Source: Octopus bimaculoides (Eukaryota). From it: a stretch of 64,000 nucleotides of DNA. The translations under genes were made by a program, and so were the position numbers. This document shows, one piece after another, positions 1 through 13,218 of the stretch; the stretch's first letter is position 1, and every line of letters begins with the position of its first letter. The DNA is taken from NCBI RefSeq assembly GCF_001194135.2, contig NC_068985.1, positions 106,130,859-106,194,858 on the forward strand. The letters are read 5' to 3'. The notes beneath the pieces were generated by a model, which saw nothing but the letters and a program-made list of their open reading frames with translations, did not search any database and was not told the DNA's origin.

Positions 1-319
1 TCCAACTCCTCTGGGACTCAGTGTTTGATTTTAGTTGTGAGAAGAAGACATTCTTCTGCAATATGTTGTTGAGAGAAGACAAGGTTACTATATGTTGCAT
101 TTAGAGAATTGATTTCAGTTTCTGCTTGCATTTTCGTTCTGGAGAGTTTGTCACTGTAGTAGATTTTTAAAAAGTACTTGACTACATAACCAACACCATA
201 GTTGGGCACATCCCTGATTATCTGCACATCTGAGATGCAGGATGGAGATGTGATTTTAGTGCAAGTCATTTGAAAGTTGTATTCTCTCATTGCTCTAGAA
301 AGTAAACTTAGACTTTTGG

Positions 320-1330
320 TAAAAAATTACAGAGGGATTATTCTTACAATAAAATGTTGCTGAAACATATACAACCATAACCAAAGCAGGTCTTATGAAG
401 AAACTAAAATGAGTTCAGGAAAAATTGGTCTATTGTTGGAGAGATATTTACAGTCAGAAGAATAATTGAGGAGTCGGTAAAAAAAAATCTACAAGCAATT
501 TTATTGTTGGTTTGAAGAATTCTCGGAAACTTTTGATTATTCATCAAGGCAAAATGGAGCAAATTCTTCTTACACACACTCAAGAAATAGTAGCAACAAT
601 AATGACATTTTACAATAACACAAGAAATTTTAACATTTCTTTGACATTAAGTGTTTTGCAAGGTGATATGCTTGCACTATTTCTCTTTTATCCTTTGCAC
701 TTTGACAAAATTAAAGAATTTGACTTCACTCTAGCAAAATCCCCTTCCCTTTACTACCCAGTTCCTACATTACTGATTATATTGCTCTCTTTGTAGACTC
801 ATCTCAAAAGTTACTATTCTTATGCATAATCTTGAAAATACAGCAGAAGATATTAATCTTTATGTCAAAAACTCAAACACTGAATATTTCTGCTACAATC
901 AGAAGGGATCATAAAGCACAGCCAAACAAAACCTAACATCTGTAGACTCTGTTGTATACATTGGAAGTAACATTGCATCCACACAAATGGGTGTAAAAAT
1001 TCATTTCATGAAAGCACAGGCTGTTCTTGATTGTCTCAGTGTCATCCAGAAGTCATCACTAATTAAGTAAAGCTTCTTCTATACTCCTGAGAAATCAATA
1101 CCATTAGATGGATCCACTGCATGAACACTCACCAAAAACTTTGAGGCAAAATTTGATGATGTTTTCTCTCTCATGTTTGTGTCATTCTGAATGTCTTGTG
1201 AATAAAAGCTTCTGACCAAACAGGTTCAGCATAGTTAAATTTCTAGGAATAAAAGATTGTTTCCATGATGTAACTAGGAAAAGAGCCCACATTGGTCATC
1301 TAAAGATGGTTATGCATAATGGTTGTCTCT
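320..1330 (+). mobile_element. Decayed RTE-X-like LINE reverse transcriptase fragment
   Basis: Frameshifted pieces read NYRGIILT, FRKNWSIVGEIFTVRRIIEE, MEQILL, VLQGDMLALFLF, VYIGSNIAST. Many stops. Confidence 0.75.
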
Positions 1331-2214
1331 TAAGTATCCCTTTTACCTTGTATCATTTTTTCCGTGAGTTGCATCTCTTTTTTGTTTTGGCTTACAGAGT
1401 CCATGTTTTCTTCCAGGTTGATTAAAACAGGACCCTTTTTTGTATGTTGTTGGGTATTTGCCTAGTTACCTTATGTATTGCCTAGTTACCTTAAGTATTG
1501 CTGAAAAGCTACTCTCTCTCTGATGTCTGGAGAAAGTTGAGTTACCATGGAAGGTAGGAAGTATTTAGTTACCACGGGAACTGGAGCTGTCAATTTAAGG
1601 CTTTTGAGAATAAAAGGTTATCTTTGCTACATAGGTGGATTAAGAGAGCTTATAGTTTTAGCATGAAGTGGTTGAGAATGAGGCTCTCTCTGCTATGTCT
1701 GTGGAAAGGGGTCTTTAAATACTGAGGGAGCTTATTGTTATAATCTACTGACATCTGGGTATTGATGGTTGTTGTTTAGATCCAGGTGGAGTTGATGTAT
1801 GATTGATGGCATTTCAGCCATCTTATTTGTTATGTGTATTTCTTTTTTTAAAGCAGTAGGGTGGAATTCAAAGGAATTTAGTTGCTATTTTGAGCTAGGT
1901 TGTCTAGAATGATAGAGAGACAGAAGTGTGTGTATGCTGACCTGCAGTCGACACCATTTTTGTAAGCTTTCAAGAAATATTTTTTGCTGTGTGCATTAAT
2001 ATATATATTGGTAGTATTAAATATGTTATAATCATCAAAAATTATCGATAATAATTGCTTCTGATTTAGGACAAGGCCAGCAATTCTTTGAGGGGAAGAG
2101 GGTGTTAGATGACACTATCAGCCCATACTAGACTAGTACTTCATTTTATCAACCCTGAAAGGATGAAAGACAAAATTAGGCATTTTTCTGGTGTTCTAAT
2201 CATTCTATCAATCC

Positions 2215-2251
<37 letters not shown>

Positions 2252-2287
2252 GGCATTTTTCTGGTGTTCTAATCATTCTATCAATCC

Positions 2288-2321
<34 letters not shown>

Positions 2322-2654
2322 CAACAACAACAATTAAATAATAGGGCAGAATATAATTGTAATAGTTAAAAAAATATTTTGTCCATGCTAACTTGCTTTT
2401 TTTATTTGTTAAAGATGAAAAAAAAAAAAAGATGATTCTCTGATGTTTCAAACCATTTATGATAAATGTCATCATAATGTTGATAGGAGGAAGGAGTTTG
2501 GGGATGGTATAGCAATCACATGATTTGATAGTGTGCAGGATATCTGATAGTATTGATTTATCAACATAACAGTAGACTTGCTATCATTACGAACACCAAC
2601 AAATGGGTTTGTGGGGAGGGACAGAGCAAGTAGTGGCTGTTGTTGATTTTGAGT

Positions 2655-2693
<39 letters not shown>

Positions 2694-2978
2694 CATGTGT
2701 GTGTGTGTTTGTGTTTGTGTCTAGGCAGGAAGTGGTGGACAGTATATCTATGCCTTCATAGGTTGGTCAGCTAGCCATATGGTCATGCCTTACTGGTCAT
2801 AAACTAGGCAGCATTGAATTGTTCTAGGTCAGCTCAGTAACTGCTTTACTGGGAGACTAGCAAAACTTAGGACTACAGACAGGAATGAATGTGTGAGTAG
2901 TCAGTACAGTAAATGATGGTCTTGTGTAAATAACGTGATGAAGGGTTATTTGGGTTAATAAATTCACCAGAGGTTACC

Positions 2979-3011
<33 letters not shown>

Positions 3012-3269
3012 CCATCGTCATCATCTACTTTCCATGCTAGCATGGGTTGAATGGTTTGATAGGATCCAATGAGTTACAAGGCCATGTCATGTTCCAATGT
3101 CAGCTTCAGCATAGTTTCTATGGCTGAATACCCTACCTAACACTCATCATTTTGTAGAGTGTATTGCATGCTTTTTTATGCCACTGGTCCTGAGTAACAT
3201 GAAAGACAGTGAAAGAACAGGGAAAAACAAAAAAGCCCCTGCTACTAAAAAGGAAGTATTTGAGTGGGG

Positions 3270-3560
3270 AAGGTGGCTTTATCTGGGCTGACAAATTGCC
3301 AAAGTGGTTATTTGGGCAAAGTAACCGGGGATTGTCTTAGCAGATAAAAGGAGCAAGGCTTATCTAGAAAAATGTAATGACTGAGACCAGGGTTTATCTG
3401 GGCAGATAAAGTAACCTGGGAGTTATATGAGCACGCAATGTGACTGAAGATTATCTGAATAGGCAAAGTGACTGAGGCTTATCTAGAAAGATGGGGTTTA
3501 TCTAGGTAGGTAAAGTGGGTGAGGACTGCCTGGTCTGGCAAAGCAGACAACAGTGTCACT
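3270..3560. repeat. Degenerate minisatellite, unit about 28 bp
   Basis: Recurrent ttatctgggcagataaagtgactgagg variants, about 10 units. Confidence 0.6.
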
Positions 3561-3988
3561 TGGTCATACAAAATGAACAAAGGGTTTTGTCAGGGCAAAG
3601 CGAAGAGATTGAGTTATTATGTGGGCAGATAAATATGTGGTAAAATATACTTAAAAATCAGATATTGACTGAAAATCCAAGAAATACCAATATATACTAA
3701 GTTGATACTCATTATCAATAATTCAAAGGCAATTTTGAAAATTCTTTGAAATCTCCTCAAAAATGTGATCATAGATAGTTGAGTGAAAAAGATACCAGTC
3801 AGCCTTCTGAGAGAGGTTGTTGGTTCATATCCTGTCAGTGGCACTCGTTATGTTCATGATTGAAGCACTTCACTTCAGAATAACTGAATCCATCTTGTTG
3901 CTCTGAGTAGCAATACTGTTAGCTTACGGTTCTGAATTCAACTCATGTGGATATATAGCTTGCAGGGAAATGGTATCTGCCAGTTTGA

Positions 3989-4208
3989 CCCTTTAGCATT
4001 CAGATTACTCTGTCAAATGCTCTACTTACTTATTCACATTGCTTTGAATTAACCATGCATTATCTTGTAGCTAAGACATTTTCATGATGTAATTATTTAG
4101 GTTTAGAAAGACATTGTAGGTTAGGTGTGAGAGGCTAGATCTGGCCAGTTTTAACATAAAATTGGTAGAATATTTAGGGCGGATATGGCCGGTTTGAATG
4201 CTAAGGGG
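3989..4208. mobile_element. piggyBac-type MITE
   Basis: ttga|CCCTTTAGCATT ... AATGCTAAGGGG|ttaa. Same family at 8740-8958, 16035-16238 and about 51801-51990. Confidence 0.75.
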
Positions 4209-4785
4209 TTAACGGAAGAAGGAGTTTTTTTAGTGGTGACTATATAACTTGGCATGTTAAGAAACATAATTGCTCATCATGTTAGAGGATTAATCAGCTC
4301 ATATAAAATAAAGAGATCATGATATGATTGTCAAAGATATTACAGCACTAGAAGTAGGTATGTCTTTGTAGTGCAGCATATTGCCACAATATTGTATATC
4401 TTGATTTACAGTGGAGTTATACTGTGAAAATATCTAATAGCTAGCTTCCTTCGTGGAATATGTCACCAGGGTATGCTTAACAGTTTAGCGTTTTGTCAAA
4501 GTGTAAGATAACTGAGAATGTAGCCTCACCTAACAATTAATACAATGATAACAAAAGGATAAAGATCCTTCTTGAGTCATATAGACTCATAGGGCTGGTT
4601 TTCATGATGTATATATTCCCCATTTGGACAGGACACCGATCTGTCACAGGGTTACTCATTTTTGCCTGCTGAATGAACTGGAGCAACATGAAATGAAGTG
4701 TTTATAATGATGTCATATTAACTATCAGCATGGTGAAATGTTAAACCAATGATAATAACACTCAGACTTTGTTTGTCTTTTTCAG

Positions 4786-4921
4786 ATTGTGGATCAAAGG
4801 AGGTCCTTCAAAATAGAACTGGAAACATATCATTTGCCAAAATCTCCAGTGGTCCTCAAAAGAAATTGTGCCAATACATTTGGTTTATACGGGCACCCCA
4901 GAATGGAATAGTTACAATAAA
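4786..4921 (+). CDS. LRP12: LRP12-like receptor, internal exon: CUB domain N-terminal half
   Basis: ttcag|AT...AA|gtaag, phase 1 to 2. Translates (D)CGSKEVLQNRTGNISFAKISSGPQKKLCQYIWFIRAPQNGIVTI, with the CUB pattern C-G...G.I....C.W.I.AP. Phase matches the next exon. Confidence 0.85.
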
Positions 4922-6058
4922 GTAAGCAGCTATTTATATCTTTCTTCCTTGACTAGTTGATGTTCATTTTCTGGTTGCTTGACTATGTCCTTCTGTCTTG
5001 TTCAAAGAGTTGTTTTATTCATTTTTTTCCATGTTCTCTCTCACAATCTTTTGGCTAGGCTGGACTTCAGGTTTCCTTCATCCACTTTTTGCTTGCAGAC
5101 TGTAGATATTAATGCTGCACATCAGCCATGTCTGTCTGAGAGGGCCTATACAAAGTTATGGGCACTGTCCTGCCTCTCCTAACTACCTTATAACACAATT
5201 TAATGTACAGCACTGCTTCACATGTTAGTGAAGGTGCTCCTCTCTTACTCTGTCTGTCTCTCCCTCTGTCTGTCTGTCTGTCTCTTTTCAAAATAAATCT
5301 TTAGTCTGATGAAGTGAAGCAGTGCTCCAAGCTCTTAAAAGTCCACCAAGCAAAGAAAATATAGTTAATGTTGAAATTGAATTTCATGAGTTCTAATAAA
5401 GTTGGATAGCGGTTGCAATTTTGGCTGGTTATACTTGAGATTGCTCCAATCTGGCCAGCCCCAAGGAAAAACTAAGCTAACTGTCTGGATGTTTTGCGTT
5501 CTTATCCCATATTTTGTATTCCTTTTTATATACATATGGCAGCGTACGTACACGTTGGTCTCTTATATGTAAGTACATCTATATATATATAAATTTTGTA
5601 AGACTCTTGTATTCTTTCATTCTTTCTTTCTTTCTATCAGCCTCTTCACATTTACTTCGTTCTTTCCACTCTTCTTTCTTGCGTTCCTCCTCTCTCACAT
5701 TTCCTGGCTTTCTCTTCATTTTCACTTTCCCTCCTCTTTCATTTCACTCTGTCCCTTTTCTTTGTGTCTGTGTTTGTCCCCCCACCATCACTTGACAACG
5801 GATGTTGCTGTGTTTACATCCCTGTAACTTAGCAGTTCAGCAAAAGAGACCGATAGAATAAGTACTAGGCTTACAAAGAATAAGTCCTGGGGCCGCAATC
5901 ACATGACTGAGACAAGTAAAAAAAAAATAAAAGAATACACAAGGTTTTCATGACGAAACCATTTTAAAAAAACTTTTTCTACTTATTTTTTACTGCTAAC
6001 CAGATCAATATCAAATATTAAATATTTTTGTTAGATTTGTCATTGTTGCCATAAATAA

Positions 6059-6803
6059 NNNNNNNNNNNNNNNNNNNNNNNNNNNNNNNNNNNNNNNNNN
6101 NNNNNNNNNNNNNNNNNNNNNNNNNNNNNNNNNNNNNNNNNNNNNNNNNNNNNNNNNNNNNNNNNNNNNNNNNNNNNNNNNNNNNNNNNNNNNNNNNNNN
6201 NNNNNNNNNNNNNNNNNNNNNNNNNNNNNNNNNNNNNNNNNNNNNNNNNNNNNNNNNNNNNNNNNNNNNNNNNNNNNNNNNNNNNNNNNNNNNNNNNNNN
6301 NNNNNNNNNNNNNNNNNNNNNNNNNNNNNNNNNNNNNNNNNNNNNNNNNNNNNNNNNNNNNNNNNNNNNNNNNNNNNNNNNNNNNNNNNNNNNNNNNNNN
6401 NNNNNNNNNNNNNNNNNNNNNNNNNNNNNNNNNNNNNNNNNNNNNNNNNNNNNNNNNNNNNNNNNNNNNNNNNNNNNNNNNNNNNNNNNNNNNNNNNNNN
6501 NNNNNNNNNNNNNNNNNNNNNNNNNNNNNNNNNNNNNNNNNNNNNNNNNNNNNNNNNNNNNNNNNNNNNNNNNNNNNNNNNNNNNNNNNNNNNNNNNNNN
6601 NNNNNNNNNNNNNNNNNNNNNNNNNNNNNNNNNNNNNNNNNNNNNNNNNNNNNNNNNNNNNNNNNNNNNNNNNNNNNNNNNNNNNNNNNNNNNNNNNNNN
6701 NNNNNNNNNNNNNNNNNNNNNNNNNNNNNNNNNNNNNNNNNNNNNNNNNNNNNNNNNNNNNNNNNNNNNNNNNNNNNNNNNNNNNNNNNNNNNNNNNNNN
6801 NNN
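6059..6803. other. Assembly gap (N run); others at 7728-7916, 24613-25597, 27375-27512, 31175-31184, 33930-34323, 40182-41013, 57255-57348
   Basis: N runs, mostly bounded by (TA)n/(CA)n microsatellites or repeats. Confidence 0.99.
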
Positions 6804-7419
6804 CACACACACACACACACACACACGAACACACGGCATGCTTTTTCAGTTTCTGTCTACCAAATCCACTCACAAGACTTTAGTCAGCCTGGGGCTGTAG
6901 AAGAAGACACTTGCCTAAGGTGCTATGCAGTGGAACTGAACCTGGAACCATGTGTTTGGAAAGCTAATTTCTTACCATACAACCACATCTGAGGACAGGG
7001 TTTAGTAAAAAAAAAAAAAAACCCTGATGTATGCCATATTTATTTTGTTTTATATCTCCTAGTGTAGTTAAGATGTCGGCCTGCTCAACCGAGAGTCTTT
7101 AAATCATCATCCCCTTTCACTGGTTTTGAACAATACCTATCTATAACCAAGATACTTAACACTTGTGGTTCAATTTATCTATCTGTAAACAGGGGCTGTG
7201 GGTGGCCACAACCTCCTACTTATGGGGTGTATGGGATGACTTGTGTTATTGACAAATCTTTAGTTAACTTGCAGTAATGAGTTCAGATCCTTGCAAGTAT
7301 ATTTTGGAGGGAGTTGAGCTCCATGAATAGTTAAACCTAAAATACACTTAAATACCAACTACCTAAAGATGAAGCTTCACTGATACCCTAGTAACTTCCT
7401 GCTTGGTATTTTTTTTTTA

Positions 7420-7654
7420 TTGCTTGTTTCAGTCATTAGACTGTGGCCATGCTGGGGGACTGCCATAAAAAATTTTTTAGCTGAACAAATTGACCTCAGT
7501 ACTTATTTTTTTAATGTTTTTAAGCCTGATACTTATTTTATCCATCTGTTTTGCTGAACTGCTAAGTTACAGCGACATAAATACACCAACACCAGTTGTC
7601 AAGCAGTGGTGAGTGACAAACACAGACATAGAAACATACACACACACACATGTA

Positions 7655-7727
<73 letters not shown>

Positions 7728-8125
7728 NNNNNNNNNNNNNNNNNNNNNNNNNNNNNNNNNNNNNNNNNNNNNNNNNNNNNNNNNNNNNNNNNNNNNNNNN
7801 NNNNNNNNNNNNNNNNNNNNNNNNNNNNNNNNNNNNNNNNNNNNNNNNNNNNNNNNNNNNNNNNNNNNNNNNNNNNNNNNNNNNNNNNNNNNNNNNNNNN
7901 NNNNNNNNNNNNNNNNTTTATATATTATTTATATTATGCACACACACGCATACATATACATACATACACACGACAGACTTCTTTCAGTTTCTGTCTACCA
8001 AATACACTCACAAGGCTTTGGTCATCCTGAGGCTATAGTAGAAGACACTTGCCCAAGGTGTTATGCAGTGGGACTGAACCCAGAACCATATGGTTGAGAA
8101 GTAAGCTTCTTACGCACAGCCACAG
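7420..8125 (-). mobile_element. tRNA-derived SINE (family with internal TG/TA microsatellite), spanning a gap
   Basis: Head on - resembles gtggctgtg...ggttctgggttcagtccc (A/B boxes). Further copies at about 5790-5920, 6840-6990, 10085-10200, 15220-15320, 17700-17850, 26633-26850, 27635-28070, 32545-32860 and 43230-43370. Confidence 0.8.
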
Positions 8126-8331
8126 CTGTGTCTGTTAAGAATATAGTTGGTAAGTCAAGAATAAGTTGGTAATTAACTTCATCAAATGTAGATCATAAAA
8201 ATTTCTTTCTCTTCTGGAGCGTAAAGTAAATTTTTATTTAATTTTGTTAATGTGTTTCTTCTGGTTCCTTTATATTTTTATTTATTTATTAACTGAATTT
8301 TGAAATATTTCTCAACTTTCGCCACTTCCAG

Positions 8332-8531
8332 TTTATTATATCTGAATACCAGTTCCAGTAAAAATGAGCCGTGTGAAAATGCTTACCTAGAATTCGACCC
8401 ATTACCACACAAGAGATTCTGTGGTAATGGAGCGAACACTTACATATCTCAAAGGGACCACGTGATTGTACGATATGTTATTAATGGCACTTGGCGACCA
8501 GGATATGGCTTTGTACTGGAATATATTACAG
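8332..8531 (+). CDS. LRP12: LRP12-like exon: CUB domain C-terminal half
   Basis: ttccag|T...G|gtatgg, phase 2 to 1. LLYLNTSSSKNEPCENAYLEFDPLPHKRFCGNGANTYISQRDHVIVRYVINGTWRPGYGFVLEYIT, with CUB motifs C..YLE, RFCG and GF..EY. Confidence 0.9.
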
Positions 8532-8739
8532 GTATGGTATATTTTTGTCTTTCTATTTACCTTTCTATAACATCAAATTGGTACACCTTTATCCTTTATA
8601 CTGGAGTATACACCATGGAGTTAAACCCAAGTCTGATAAATCTTTTCTTTTACAAGAGTAAAATTGAATCCAATACTTGATTGGTTATTTTGTCTATTGG
8701 AACAGATCAAATAACTAAGTCAGCTTCAGCATGATCTAA

Positions 8740-8958
8740 CCCATTAGCACTTAAAGTAGCTATATCCTGCCCAAATATTCTTCTTGTTTTATGTTCTCAC
8801 CAGCTAGATCCTGTTTTCCACACCTGCATTACAATGTCATTCTAAAGATAAACTATTACATCATCGAAGTATTGAAGGTCTGCGATAATGCATGACTAAT
8901 TCTAAACAATGTGAATAAATGGTATTACATGTGACTGAGAAATCTTAATACTAAAGGG
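8740..8958. mobile_element. piggyBac-type MITE (opposite orientation to the 3989 copy)
   Basis: ctaa|CCCATTAGCA ... CTAAAGGG|ttaa; the interior matches the 3989 and 16035 copies in reverse. Confidence 0.7.
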
Positions 8959-9003
8959 TTAAACTGAAGAATGTTGGAACATGAAATTATATAATTGCAA
9001 TTA

Positions 9004-9912
9004 TATGAAATCTGATTAATAAGTATCTGGACTGTTGCTATAGTAATGAAGCTAAAGCATGCAAAGTGAAGCTGCTTGGCACAGATCAATCTTGAACCCT
9101 GTTGTGCATGTGCAATAAGGTTTAACATTCTAGCTCACTTCTGCTGTTTACAGCAGTTCTTGGAAGGAAGGTGTGTAGTGTGTGATCATTGCATTGACCA
9201 TGACAGAAAGTTGTCGTGGTGTTTCATGGTGATACCTGCTCAGAGGCCTATGCAAAGTTGCAGAAAGTGTGTGGAGAGGAGTGTATGAGTCACACACAAG
9301 TGTACGAGTGGTTCAGACATTTCCAAGATGGCTGAAAAAATGTCAATATTGACGAATGTTCTGGAAGACCCACAGCCAGCAGAGCTGAGAAAAACATTGC
9401 AAATGTGCATGCTGCTATGAGGGGAAATCATTGAATCACCCTCCGTGAGTTATCAGAGGATGGGCAGATTAGTTACGGTTCAGTTCAGTCCATTATCACT
9501 GAAGATTTGGGTGTGAGACACGTGTCTGCCAAGTTTGTGCCAAAACTGCTTTCAGCTGACCAAAAAGACATTCGGGTTTCAGTTGCACAAGATCTTTTTG
9601 ATTGTGTCAAGAACAATGAAAACTTTTTGAAAACTATGCTTAGGGCACTGAGCAGGTATTGCCAAGCTTTTGGCAAATTTTGATGCAGATTCTCTGCTCA
9701 TTTTTCTCTGTCATGGTCAATGTAACAATCACACACTACACACCTTCCTTCCAAGCACTGCTGTAAACAGCAGAAGTGAGCTAGAATGTTAAAACTTAGT
9801 GCGCATGCACAACAGCGTTCAAGGTCAATCTATGTCAAGCAGCTTCACTCTGCGTGCTTCAGCTTCATTACTAAGGTAACAATCTGGATACTTATTGATC
9901 AGACCACTTATA
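9004..9912 (+). mobile_element. Internally deleted mariner with very long (about 240-260 bp) inverted ends
   Basis: TA flanks. 9124-9186 vs 9728-9790 match 62/63 in inverted orientation. Internal transposase N-terminus with stops: QVYEWFRHFQDG...SGRP...ISYGSVQSIITEDLGVRHVSAKFVPKLL. Confidence 0.9.
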
Positions 9913-10713
9913 ATATTTGCAATTGCATGCAAGTTCAATCATGAACTATACAATGGCTGGGCATAATTTCACAGAAGATTGTAAATGACCAACATTGCTT
10001 CTGTGATAGCAATTGTCATTTACAACTGGTGCATGATGCTAAGACAAGGAAACACGAACATGATCACACATAGAAGACAAGGTTCTTTCAGTTTCTGTCT
10101 TACCAAATCCACTCACAAGGCTTAGGTTGGCCCTGGGCTATAGCAGAAGATACTTGCTCAAGTTCCTGCATAGTGGGACTGAACCCAGAGCCATGTAGTT
10201 GCCAAGTGTATTTGTTAACAAATATTCTCTTAGAATACACCTTGTACATACATACATACATACATACATACATACGTACGTACGTACGTACGTACGTACG
10301 TATGTATGTATGTATGTACGTACGTACGTACATGCATACATAAAACTTTCCAGAAGTTTATCATTTAAGTATATATGAGCATGTCTAGATATGCAGCTAT
10401 ATGCATGAGAATACATACATAAACCAAAACACACACATCTTCACATATACATGTATTCATGCATGCACATGCATGTGCACGCACACACACACACACACAC
10501 TGATACAGATTTATATAATTCAAGAAGGAAAAATATATTAAAAGCTAATTAAAAAAAGAGCAAATTAAAACATAGAACCAATCCTGACTCTATTAGGGAC
10601 CATATTCTCACTTGTTGCTAGTGAGGACTATTCCCACACTTGTTCTTTCTATTTTGTGCTACATTCCATTTTGTTGCCAGTGGTAGTTATCTTAATCTTT
10701 GATCTCATTTCAG

Positions 10714-10845
10714 GCCATGTTCCTGCACATCGACCGTGTGCTAGAGATGAATTCCGTTGCCAGAATGGGAAATGTATTTTAGGAAAATGGCGGTGTAACA
10801 ACAAAGATGAATGTGGTGATGGTAGTGATGAAAAAGGTTGCCGAG
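10714..10845 (+). CDS. LRP12: LRP12-like exon: LDLa repeat 1
   Basis: ttcag|GC...G|gtaag, 132 bp, phase 1-1. [35 protein letters not shown]: 6 Cys and a DxSDE motif. Confidence 0.95.
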
Positions 10846-12907
10846 GTAAGTAGTATGGCAACCTAAAGGCTGTGTAATAAGTTACATTTAGATTAGACAC
10901 TAGGTCACTCTACCTATAAAGAGGACTTGTATGGTATGTTCTTTAGGTTTTTATACCTGATTTACAAAATTTTTCTTCAAATATGATTGCTTTAGAAATT
11001 CTTGATAATGATGTCTTTTTTCAAGATATAACATAAAGACCCCTTTGTTGTAATGCTGCATTGTTGTTATAAGTCAATAGTTGTAACACTGAAGCTGTTA
11101 CAGTTTCTTGTAACTCTGCATTGCTGTATTACAACATTCTTTTGAAACACTACAGCTGTTAGTCCCCTGGACTGTTACCATATCCCTGTACCATGAACAT
11201 ACTCCTATTACAGTTACCTATTGTAGGGCCACACTCCTGTTATAGTCCCCTACACCAAGTTTACACTGCTGTTACTGTCCCTGTGCCAAGGTCACACTCT
11301 CCTTTCAGTCACTTGTACCAGGAATATGTCCTACAACCACACTCCTGTTACAGTTCTTATGCCAAGATCACTCTTACTGTCGCCCATACTCCTGCTATAG
11401 TCACCTGTATCCAAAACACAAAGTATAATGAACCAAAGAAACAATCAGTAAAAAAACATATCCTATTCTCAACTCTGCTTTATTTAAAAATTTTTATGTC
11501 AGTTTTTTTTTTTATGTGTTTTCTATTTTCGCTTTCATATTATTTTCATTTTCTCCCTACTTTTATTTACCTCAGTTGCCTGTAATGTTTTCTCTGCAGG
11601 TTTAACAGTTATCTTTGAAACCACGACTTGCTATGTTCCAAAAATCATTTAGTTGAAACAGGAAACCTTAGAAATTTAGATAGAAATTTTTGGTTCCATT
11701 TCCCTACAAATGTAGATCTGTTGGGGTTCATAATATAAATATCAATTATTTATTAGGATTTCTTTATTAAACTAAATTCCTGCCTCTAATTCAATAAGCA
11801 TGCACCAAGTCAAAAGAAGTAGGTGTTTCTTATATTTTTGGTTTGCATGTTGAAAATACTTCATGGTAATTCACTGATGACTCAACTCACTAGATTTAGT
11901 TCAGCTCTGATTACCTGTTTTCAGTATATTATTAATACACATTTTACCAACCCACTGGAATTGAAAGTAGTTGAATTCAAAATTGTAAACTTTCAAATAC
12001 TTCTCTGAATATACAGACTAAGTAACCAGTGTTTTCCATGACTGACATTGTGCTTTGTTTTTATTCTAAATTCTGGAGCTTCGTGTTAAGAAGCCTTACT
12101 TTTATGAGCATAATCCCATTTAATCATGTCAGCTAGTGTTGGCATGAATAAATAATGTTTGAAGCATGCTACAACATCAGAAACGAACTCCATAAAGATT
12201 TGATTTTCTATATTGGCAGGTTTGGCAACGTCTATAGAAGAGAACTTCTAAAAATTAGGACTTGATATATGTTGTCACATTATTCAAAATTATCAGAATA
12301 TCTCTTTGAGTGAGGGACTGTCATTGTAGTGGAGACCCAGTCAACACTTACTCTACTTTGGAAGATCTGGGTGAGAGATGTAGCTAATCAAATAGGTATT
12401 TTACTGGTATTCTCGTTAGGGCTGGCCTATATTTGTGGTGCTTGCTGTGCTTGAAATATGATATCCTTTCCAAAGACAACTTATTGAATTGGATTTAGCT
12501 GTTATATTGAGTAAATCAAGAGCCTAAATAGATAAGTTCCTCTAATGGTTCATGCAGATACCATTCTAAAGAAAGAAATAAGTTTGTTGATGAAAATTTA
12601 GCTGTCTACATAGAAGTTCTCTTCCTGGTTCAAGCTTGACAGAAGTTCTGGTTGTTGTATTAGCTTGTCATGTGACCATTTGACATTTGCTCCCAATACC
12701 TTATTAGAAAGCTCTTCCAATAGCTGCTTTAGTTAACACATCACATGATTAACATAAAAGCTCTCCACTGGCTACTGTAATTAACAGGTGAAGCAACTAA
12801 AGTAGAAGCATTCCTGTAGACACAACCTTGCTACAGCTTAGCTGAGTTGCTTCCATTAGCTACAAGTGTCACTGTATTGATTGTTAATTCTGCCTTCTGC
12901 CTTCTAG

Positions 12908-13063
12908 AGATAAACACCACCCCACCACGGATATTGCTGTGTAATCCCGAGTTAAGATGTCGATCTTGGAAAACCTTCAAAGTGATATGTCTTCATCGAT
13001 CTCAAATATGCGATGGTGTTCATGATTGCGTAGACATGACTGATGAGAAAAACTGTGCCATGG
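12908..13063 (+). CDS. LRP12: LRP12-like exon: LDLa repeat 2
   Basis: ttctag|AG...G|gtatat, 156 bp, phase 1-1. CNPELRCRSWKTFKVICLHRSQICDGVHDCVDMTDEKNC has the extended C2-C3 loop typical of LRP12 LDLa2. Confidence 0.92.
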
Positions 13064-13218
13064 GTATATTTTATTCTCCTCACTTTCTACTTTCTCTCCT
13101 CCACTGCCTCTCACTCTCTTCTTCACATATCCTTCCCTCTACAATTCTTTTGCATTTAAGTAGAAGGATTTGCACAGAGCCACAGCTGGATCATGCTTGT
13201 AATTGAGGTTGGTTCATG

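Noticed and set aside
18-290. 90-aa minus-strand ORF, possibly a retroelement remnant
   Set aside because: I could not match it to any motif with confidence.
1-4785. Search for the LRP12-like signal-peptide/start exon
   Set aside because: No ATG-hydrophobic segment with a phase-1 donor was found; it probably lies upstream of the window.
5306-5312. CTGATGA hammerhead core element
   Set aside because: No stem II or GAAA follows and no stem I/III partner is visible; at most a truncated remnant at the edge of a repeat.
6011-6873. Long ORFs in the track spanning N runs (also 7606-8097, 24522-25783, 27333-27725, 33858-34360, 40108-41232, 56921-57394)
   Set aside because: Artefacts of reading through gaps. 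Only the 41059-41250 part of 40108-41232 is a real exon.
10100-10434. ORFs made of YIYI/CVCV/HHHH/THTH runs here and throughout the window
   Set aside because: Translations of (TA)n, (TG)n, (CAT)n and (CATA)n microsatellites.
11193-11585. 130-aa ORF in the LDLa1-LDLa2 intron
   Set aside because: It derives from a degenerate cacactcctgttacagt repeat followed by AT-rich sequence; no protein features.
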